NCBI GenBank assembly: GCA_021613535.1
Contig: CP075495.1
Coordinates: 3,534,001-3,598,000, forward strand
Direction of reading: 5' to 3'
DNA: 64,000 nt
DNA from: Adineta vaga
Lineage: Eukaryota > Animalia > Rotifera
Shown here: positions 54,901-64,000 of the stretch, in pieces
Numbering within the stretch: position 1 is the stretch's first letter
How the letters are laid out: each line of letters opens with the position of its first letter
Made by a program: the position numbers and the translations under genes
Notes under the pieces: generated by a model
What the model saw: the letters and a program-made list of their open reading frames with translations, nothing else
What the model was told of the DNA's origin: nothing
Databases searched by the model: none

Positions 54901-57310
54901 ATTTACGTATAGACAAAAAAAAAGACAAAATACCTTTTTCATAAATCAAGTTTTTATTTTCACATTGAGATATTAGTTGTTGACAAAGTTGAGATTCTTT
55001 TTGTTTTTTCTTTTCGGCATATTCATCATCAATATTCATTGTTGCGATTAATTTATGATTATTTTTCTAATTAACAATATCAAAAGATAATAATCGAAAT
55101 GATTTCTTTTGCTACAAACTAGAAAATATTTTTCGACTATATCTTCAAGTAATTTTGGATTGTTTTTAATTTCTTTATTAAATCTTTCCAAATATTTTGT
55201 TACTTGAAGACTATCAATTGGATCAGTACCATGTATCCATGAATAAATTAAACCCTTCAAATAGAAGAGCATGAAAATAAACAAACAATGAGATGGATAA
55301 TAACGAACCAAAATAACTTTAAGACCAAAATTTTCATCCTGATGTTTAATTCCAATTTCAAATTGATGAATTAATGCATCAATTTGACTTTGTTCAAAAC
55401 CTTGTCTAAAAAACAACAACGAATAATTGAGAAAAGAAAAAAAAAATATATATATATATATTTTGTTAGATGATAAATACTTTGCTACTTCTTGAAATGT
55501 TTCTTCAATTATTTTAATAACACGATCAACATCATCTTTGGAAATATCTTGTAAACCAACATGGAATGTTGTATTTAATGTGTTACGTCCAAAACTAGAA
55601 TATTCAAAAATAAGAAAATATTATAGAAAACAGTCTGTAGATAACAGATTTATCTTTGATTGAATCTATCAGATAGAATTGATTGACAATAGTGACGCGC
55701 ACTGTTTGTTTCTTTTTTCAATTCGTACAATGAAAACCCTTAGTCTGGTGTCTATGCATTTTTATTTTATAAATTAGTCACGAAACGTCTTTTTCCGATA
55801 AAATATGATTATTTTTCTATACTTACCCTGTATCAGGTGAATAATTTGTACCAATATTTGGTATGATTAGTTTCTTATAAAATGGTGATTTTTCAGAATC
55901 AACAAGTAATGAACAGACAATATTTAAGAGAAATGTTTCCCATGTATCACGAATACTAAATTATTGAAAAATAATGATTAGAAAATAAATAATAGAAATA
56001 GAATTTTACCTTCCTAGTAGATAACTAACACTAACAGTTGTTGTTTTATTTGGATCAACAACGAATGATTGTTGTGAACAACTTATATTTACTGATCGTG
56101 ATTTATTCCAACGTGTTTCTTCAATAAGTTTCGAAGAATTTATTTTTGTTTTCTGTTGTTCATATTTTTGTAGATATTCATTTAGATATGCCAATGTATC
56201 CGATAAAGGAAATGATCCATATGTAAAAAATCTAATAGATAGAAGAAGTTCATAGATTATATTTCAAATTATTATCTACCGTCCATTCGATGGATGATAA
56301 TGTGAAGCATGAAATTCTTTCAAATCATTCCATGTTAAATTTGGTATAGCTTCAGGATCACCACCTGATTCATATTGATAAGTTGATGTTGGCATGAGAT
56401 TATTTTGTATTCGACGAGCATAAACTTGATGACTATCGCTCTAGAATAAATAATTCGATGAATATCAATATTTTTCAATCAATTTCACTTACAAATACTC
56501 CTTTCATTTCATTAAATACAACACCTTTAATAACAATTGGTGATTTTGGATCATCAGGTTTTTCATGTTCTAAACGCCAACCTTCTTGCCTTGATTAGAG
56601 AAAACGAAGATATTTATATGATAATCTACTCTTCTTACATGAAATCATATTCATCTAATTTCGGATGTAAAACAGCATCGAGATAAACAGACATAAGATT
56701 AAAATAATCTTTTTGATTTTGTGTAGAAAATGCATACATTGTCCAATCACTGGCTATAAATTAGAAATAAAGTTCAAGTATATTTCCTCGAGAAAATCAT
56801 TCGTATTCAAAATACCAGTAAATGCATTCATAAATGTTGCCATACTTCGATTGGTCATTTTGAAAAATGGATCACGACATGGAAATTTTTCCGAACCACA
56901 AAGTGCCGTATGTTCGAGTATATGTGCAACACCTGTATCATCTTTTGGTGTCGTTTGAAAAGCAGCACTATTGCACAATAGAATATATCGATGTGTTTTA
57001 TTTATTTCGATGACTTACCTCCAAACATTATTTTTATGTTCACGATCAACATGTAAATGTTGACAACCAGTTAGTTTATGTTGAAGTTTAATAGCAGTTA
57101 AACGAAATTCAGGAATAGGTGTAATCTAAAGAGAATGTTTAGATATAATACAGGGTTTGTTTTTCTTTTACGAACTTCTTTAACAACATAACCATGTATT
57201 TCTTGACCAACAGAAAATGATGATGAAGGTGTTTTTTGTGCAACAGATAATTGTTGCAATTGACGATTGAATGAAAATCGTGTTGGATGAATAATTCTAA
57301 TCAAGAACAT
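51942..57310 (-). CDS. PITRM1: Mitochondrial presequence protease (M16C pitrilysin metallopeptidase), many exons
   Basis: Presequence-like N-terminus. [26 protein letters not shown] (HxxEH), [60 protein letters not shown]. Confidence 0.96.
53679..54475 (+). CDS. Nested antisense intronless polyQ/polyH low-complexity gene inside a PITRM1 intron; apparent 1-nt frameshift
   Basis: ORF 53679-54137 overlaps a second frame (open from about 54077) reading [28 protein letters not shown]...PPILLPPSF* to 54475. AATAAA at 54553-54558. It lies in host intron 53489-54564. Confidence 0.65.
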
Positions 57311-57867
57311 ATTTAACACAAAAAGAAATGCAGAACATTATTCATCCTACCGATGACATAAACGAAGAAGATTCATAATTAAGATCAAATCTATCTAGAA
57401 AAGAATCGTATTTCTTTTACTAAGAAGCATTTTCCTATATGTATATTATTCATTTGTTTCCTAATCGTAGAATCAAGTGAAAAAAAGTGACATCTTATAT
57501 TTCTAATTAAGATTATTTATTAAAATTTATTTTTACAAATATATAGCAATAACAATGATTCGAAAAAGAAACATGGATTGGAATGCAAGTATACATCTTC
57601 AATGGTATACATAGAAATAAATCAAAAAATGTCTTTAATTTATTATTACATGGTAAATATTTAGAAGAAAACGACAAGATATAGATAATATGGAATGTAA
57701 TACATCCTATTTGGTTTTTTTTCTCAAAAGACATTGTTTGTAAAATTTGAAGCAATATATGTTAAATATAGACTAGAACAAACAATAATTTCATTGTAAT
57801 TGATCTCATTAAATGTACAACCGAATACATTTTTGAGAAATGTTTTAATGAGACAAAGGTTGTTTTC

Positions 57868-60800
57868 CTAAGAAGAATTCACTGCATTATTATAGAAAGG
57901 TGATTTCGAACCGATTAGATAAAAATCGTTATTATTCGAATTGAAACGAAATACACCATGATACAAGCCAAAAACTTCATGTGAATAAAGTCCAAAACAA
58001 GGTAAAACTGATAAAAGTGATTTAACATCAGTCGATGATTGTTGTGGATATACATGTTTGAATGTATTTGATCTATGAAGAAGATTTAAACAAGTTAGAA
58101 AGATAAATTTGATTATGTTTACATACATATTTTGATTTTGTATTAAATTATACATGTAAGTATTAATTGTATCGCATGGGTCCAATGATTTGAGTAATGT
58201 TGCAGATTGTATTGTAGCTGTTAGAGTTGAATGATATTTATTTTTACGAAGTGTATCGATATTTGATAAAGGTGGAAATGGATTTCTAAATAAAATAAAA
58301 TTGAATAGAATCGAATGAGTAGTTTTTATTGTATTTACAAATTTGTTCGTCGTTTTTGATTGAACAATGTTTCGATATGTTTCTTATGGGTTTCATTTTC
58401 ATCAAATGGTCGCCGAAATACTCTTGAAATATCGGGAATTAAGAAAGATGTTGTGGAATCAGAAAATGTCCATTTTTCCCAAACTCTACACAAAAAGGAT
58501 TTCTCTTTGAAATGAACAAAAGAAAAAGAAATTTTAACAATCAAAGTACCGTTTTGAGCAACATTGTTTGAATGAATCTTTCATAGATTTCTCATAGAAT
58601 GATCGTCTCAATAGATAACCTAAACCATAGAATTCATCAACACGATAGAATAATTCGACAGAACCATTGACAATATCAAAAGCTAGAATAAAACGAATAT
58701 AGAAAATACAATGTTAAATATTCTATATTCTTACCATTTGGATTCCACATTTGTATAGCATTAATTGTATTATCTTTACGAAATACTTCACTTAGTAGTG
58801 CAAGTGAATAAAGAAAGTCAGGTGATAAAATCAAATCTTCTTCAATTACAATTAATTTATCCTAAATCACAACATAATTATTTATATTTATATTCATCAA
58901 GAATTTACTGTTTTTGGATAAATTTCCCAAACTTTTGCCAATGCATTTTCATAAAATTCTAGAACAAAATACATTTATGAAATTTTTATTTTCGAATTTA
59001 ATTGTTTTTCTTACCCATATAATTCGAACTATGTGGTAATGTTTGGTTTTTAAATTCAAATAGACTAACTAATACAGATGCTTCCGTAGATTTCTCATCA
59101 ATAGCGACCTGAAACAATCATAAGTGATATTTTTTAATTTGGCAAGAAAAAATCGAAAGTTATTATTCATACAATAACATTCTCAGCATTGACTCCTGGT
59201 TGCATTAATATCGTTTCCAAACACATTCGAAGTGCGTTATTTGAAGTACCTTTAAAATGTGAAAATGTGTTGTTGTTCTGCTCTGCAAAATCAAAGTTTC
59301 AACCTACCTGCTATGACTAGAATTGGTGTTGAATATATTGGATTATCTTCCAAAGTTCTATTCAACAATGGAACAGCTACTAAACTTTTGTCAACGTTCG
59401 TTTCTTTAAAGGATAAAGATGTTCTAATCATTTTGAAACAAATATCTGGCGCTTACCAGTACAGAAATCTCCATAACCTCCATAATGTGAACAAAATTCT
59501 CGACGTTTATCATTTCGATATGGTATTGGATCAGGTCGAATTGCCCATCCTTTTACTAAAGAATTCAATTTATAAACAATCGAAATGATAATAGAAGTTC
59601 AGTGTTACTCACATGTTTTCGGTACACACATTCGTTTGTCAATTGCCGTTGCGTAAGCAAATCCTGTTCCTGCATATGAAATCTAAATAAATACATTAAA
59701 ATGAATATTTCAAATAGAAAGTCTTAGTTCAAACCTCTTCGAAAGGACTAAAACCATTGATTCCTTTCTGTCCAATCAATACCCAAACATCGCGATATTT
59801 CAAATTTTGTATTGTAGCACTTCCAAGATCAAAAAATAGATTTTTACTATGTTGACTAAGTCTAAACAACATAAAATCGATATTTTGTATAAAAATCGAT
59901 TGATGAATTTACTTCGATGATGCTTCATCAAATGTAACAACAATAATAATAGCATCGTTTTCAAGACTTTCAAGAAATATTTCTAAATTTGTACTATCTA
60001 AAGAATAATCAATATTCTTATTAAAAAAAACTTTTCTACGTTTTGTCAATGTTCTTACCATCTTGCCAAGTATCAAAATGTGCGATTCGAATAACTTCTT
60101 TCTTATGAGAAACAACAGCAATATTTAAACCACGGCCAGCATTATTAATTCCTTTTGAAATAACATATTTTCCATCAACACAAATTTTCGGTTCATCATT
60201 ATTATCTTTGCCAGTATAAACGTGTACAGAGAATTCATCTGATTTACATGTTTCGACTAATCCACAATTTTCAAGCGATGTACCAATTGTAATATTTCCT
60301 TCTTTAGCTATTTCAACATTTGGAAGTACCAATGGCGTAATTTGACCCACTTTTTTTGAATCATTATCAAAAAGATAATACATTATGCAAATAAACAGTA
60401 AAGATAAGAAAACTTACAGGGGAATTTTGCACAACCAGATATTTGTGCAGCTGCACCATATTCACGACTGCCTTTACGTTGATGCTAGACAAAATTACAA
60501 ATAAATGTTTGAATCGTAAAAGAATTCATAATCAATCAGCATACCATTTCAATGGCTTTACCACGTGGTATACCCTTTTGTCCAATCATAACAAATGAAT
60601 CTCGATATTTAACTCCTTTAATTAATTGACTACCATATTTTTCTAATAATGAAGTCGATGCTTCTTTCAATCTATAATGATAAACAAATCGTTCGATAGT
60701 TAAATTCTTCATCTTTTTATTCTTACCCGGAAGTTACTTCATCAAAACTAGCCATTATAACAATATCTCCGTCAGTTAAATTCAGTCTTAATACTCTTAA

Positions 60801-61502
60801 AAAGAATGTTTCTAAACGAAAATTATACAAAACAGTGTTCCCATTAAATCAATATCTTTATTGTTACCTTCAAGATATGTATCAAATGTTTCTGCAAGTT
60901 TAATGGCAAATGTTGTACTGTCAATGACAACAAGATTAATACCACGACCAACTTTAGAATCTTTCATATTCTTATCAAGTAATCTAAATAGATTTGAAAT
61001 ATTCACAAATGCATAACTATTTCTCATTTACATACAATTTATTATTGAAACAAATACTCGGATATTTATTTAATCCATCTCCCGATATAACTTTGTAAGG
61101 AAATGAATCACTCGAACATTTTTCATCAATTTCACATCCTAAAAAATGAATATTGTTTTCTTTAATTATATAAACTATTAAATTCGAACCAGGATCTGGT
61201 GTTGGTTGTCGAGTGATTCGATTGTCTGAATATTGTTGATTGAAATTGTGTTGTGTTTCATTTTGATTAGAAGATAATTCATTGGTATTTGAAACTCTAT
61301 TGGATACTAAAAAGAAACATGTTTTGTTCTTCTTCTTTCTCTCTCTCTCTCTCTCCTTCAGAATCAAGTTAAACTTACAATCTCGTTTTGAAAGAACATA
61401 TGTATTAACAAAAATCACAGTAATCGATACTAAAATAATAATGACAAAGAAATTGCCTATACCACCAAAGATTTTATGGAGAGTTCGTTTGATCTTTCTC
61501 AT
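57868..61502 (-). CDS. POMGNT1-like (GT13) glycosyltransferase with two tandem ILEI/FAM3-like modules
   Basis: Type II TM anchor. Two repeats of C...C..D.F...P.IC...GRG.N..V...FDT...FDE...YRD. Then RREFCSHYGGYGDFC, PILVIAG, LMQPGV, VIEEDLILSPDF, PDISRVF. Confidence 0.82.
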
Positions 61503-61908
61503 CTTGATTTTCGTTTATTGAACATTCAGCTACGATTGATTTAAATGACTTTTATTCGGAAACGTATATCTGAAAGACAAAAAAAATACATCATATAAGA
61601 TTCATTTCAAATGAAATATAAACTATCAAATCTCATTCCTTTATTCAAACAAAATAGATTGCTCTCAAAGGTTATATTACTATGAAATTCGAAGCAATAT
61701 GTAAATCTTCTATTCATCACAACTATTGTTGTAGACTTAAAACACGAACGAAAGATCAATGATTCATTTCTCTTGGAAAAAAAGGAAAGCGAATAAAATT
61801 AATTATTATATTTATTCGCATATGAAAAAAGTTAATCAAAATATTCTTCGAAGAATCTTTTCTGGAAATATTTCACTTATACGAATGTCAATCTACTCAA
61901 AACGGAAA

Positions 61909-63222
61909 TTATTTCATATGATTATCATAATAACTTTCTAATTCATTAAATAACGTTTGATGAAAACTATGCATCGCATGTTCAACTGTTGGAACATAAC
62001 GACCTGTATCATAAGCTTGTGATTGAAGGCCAAGTTGAACATTTTCACATAGATAAATATCTTCTTTTTGAACACGACGCGAATCATTTCGTTCGTTTTC
62101 TTCAACAGATTTTGTTGTTGTTTGAGGACAATAATAATAATCGATATGAACGAGACAATTACATTCATCAATTGGTACAACAATATTTGTATCCATAAAT
62201 GATCCATATCGATTAATCATTAAATTCGGATAGATATAAGCAAAAATAACACTACCTTGTGTTCTTTGTGAACCAGTACAATATTGTACCGATGATTTAC
62301 CATCTTCAATAACAATTTTATATTCATTCATATTCAAAATTGAATCTAATTGTTTATGTGCATATGGAACATGGTAACCACCATCGAGATAATTATCAAC
62401 AAAGATTTTCCAATTACATTTTACTGGATAACTTTCACGAGTAACAAATTGCATTTGTTCATAATTTGTTGATTGTAAATATTTCTTATGAATATGTTCA
62501 ATCGTTGAAAGATCATTTTCAATCGTTGAATGATTTAAAAAATTTAAATTTAAATAAATAAATGGACCAATTGTATGAATAGCAATTGGTTTCAAACGAA
62601 TTTTTGAAGCCTTAAATTGTTCAATAGATTTTAAACGTAAAGCTTTTTTTAAACGTCCATTTAAATCATATATCCAACCATGATATGGACAAACAATTTC
62701 ATTCGATTGAAGATGTCCTTGATGATCTTGTAAAAGACACATACCATGATGACAACAAACATTATAATGGCCACGTAAAGTTCCTGATGAATCCACATTG
62801 ATTAAAAAGGGCTCAGAAAGGAACCGATCGGTTAAAAAATCTCCTGGTTTAGTTACTTGATCTTTTCGTCCAGCATATAACCAATTTTGACCGAAAATAG
62901 CATGTCGTTCAAGTTCGAAGATATCTCGAGATGTATAGAAACCAGATGGAAGTGTCAAAGCACGTTCGACAGGTACTTTCGATGACCATGATTGAAGAAT
63001 ATGTTCGAGTTGATTGCGATTTGATGGTGAATAAGTTTTCAAGTAACGACATGATACTTGAAATAAACTAGATAGAAAAAAATACACATGAAACTAGTGT
63101 CTAAATAGATAGACAAGAGCTGTAGAGAAAATAAATAATATATTGATTTATTTGAGCAGAATTATAGAAATCAATGACTACAGCATTATTTACGATGACG
63201 ATCGTAATAAAAGAAGAGACAT
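61909..63222 (-). CDS. Choline monooxygenase-like Rieske non-heme iron oxygenase with short targeting-peptide exon
   Basis: Rieske NVCCHHG...CPYHGW and iron site NWKIFVDNYLDGGYHVPYAH; YPNLMINRYG, EDIYLCENVQLGL. Exon 63222-63194 (MSLLLLRSSS) splices in phase to 63067. Confidence 0.88.
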
Positions 63223-64000
63223 GCGTTTTCTTTAACCATAAAAGGATGTAATAGTAAAGTAATAAATAAAACAACTTTATCAGTTGTATTATCATTGGTT
63301 GAAAAATCAACCTATCGATTTGTTACCAGACTTATTATTTAATTATTGACGTGAGCGACGCAAGCATGGTATCATTTCATATAGATTCTCGAATGCAAGA
63401 TGCAACATAGTCATTCATAAATACGATAAACAGTTCTATTCTAAACAAATATTAAAATAAAATTAAGAGTATATATTTTAAATGTATATATTCTCATTAA
63501 GGTTTTCGTCAACGGAAAAAATGAATCCTTTTTTTTTATTAGTATCGATCAGTTCCAATATAACGAAATAAATCAGTATTAGATTCAACTAGTATGTTTG
63601 ATCGTCTACTAGATTGGCAGCATAATGTGCAAAGAACAAATCAAAGTGATCGAGTTAGTCATGGAAATTTATCAGTTTCATGTTCATTCAAAACAGATTC
63701 ACGCACAATATGGCATTCCTACTTTCTTAACTATAAGAATATTTTCATCCTTACACTGTTAATCTACATTTATTTAACCAAAAAAAAGGATCGATATTAT
63801 CTTAATTAGAAATCCATTATTTTTGGAGTAAAAATTGATTAAAATTAGACTACATTATCATCCCTTGATCTAATCTATTAACAAGAAAAAAAACAAATAA
63901 ACAATCGAGAGTACGTATATACATACTGATGAATAAAACTCGAAGACATAAATCACGCTAAGAAAAAGATGTGCATTTCTACAAAATATCATTCAATTGT

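Noticed and set aside
55595-55826. Enlarged PITRM1 intron containing gtgacgcgcac
   Set aside because: No ORF, snoRNA boxes or clear repeat structure could be supported.

Overview
This is gene-dense, AT-rich eukaryotic (animal) DNA with many short (~50-60 nt) GT-AG introns. Intron size, composition and the mix of metazoan and microbial-type genes suggest a bdelloid rotifer (inference, not proven). About 23 protein-coding genes can be reconstructed, in order: DDX43-like KH-DEAD helicase; RNA-dependent RNA polymerase; two tandem intronless STELLO(DUF288)-like/putative glycosyltransferase fusion genes; an ASPRLamide neuropeptide precursor; a tightly packed run of microbial-type PARG, PAXX-like and NAE1, followed by a GST; a GH39-like hydrolase with an inserted SUEL lectin and a C-terminal frameshift; Pax6; an unannotated single-pass adaptor-like membrane protein; three TMEM272-like genes; an SLC35A transporter; a Cys-less pentameric ligand-gated channel; a Ser-rich unknown; NR2C2AP with a U12-type AT-AC intron; PITRM1 with a nested antisense polyQ gene; a POMGNT1-like glycosyltransferase with tandem ILEI domains; and a choline-monooxygenase-like Rieske enzyme. 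There are also a few MITE/foldback-like inverted repeats. The strongest candidate for a new system is an operon-like, probably SL-trans-spliced, DNA-break-repair cluster (PARG-PAXX-NAE1). No rRNA, tRNA or CRISPR was seen. Exon boundaries were read by eye, and family assignments rest on remembered motifs, not database searches.
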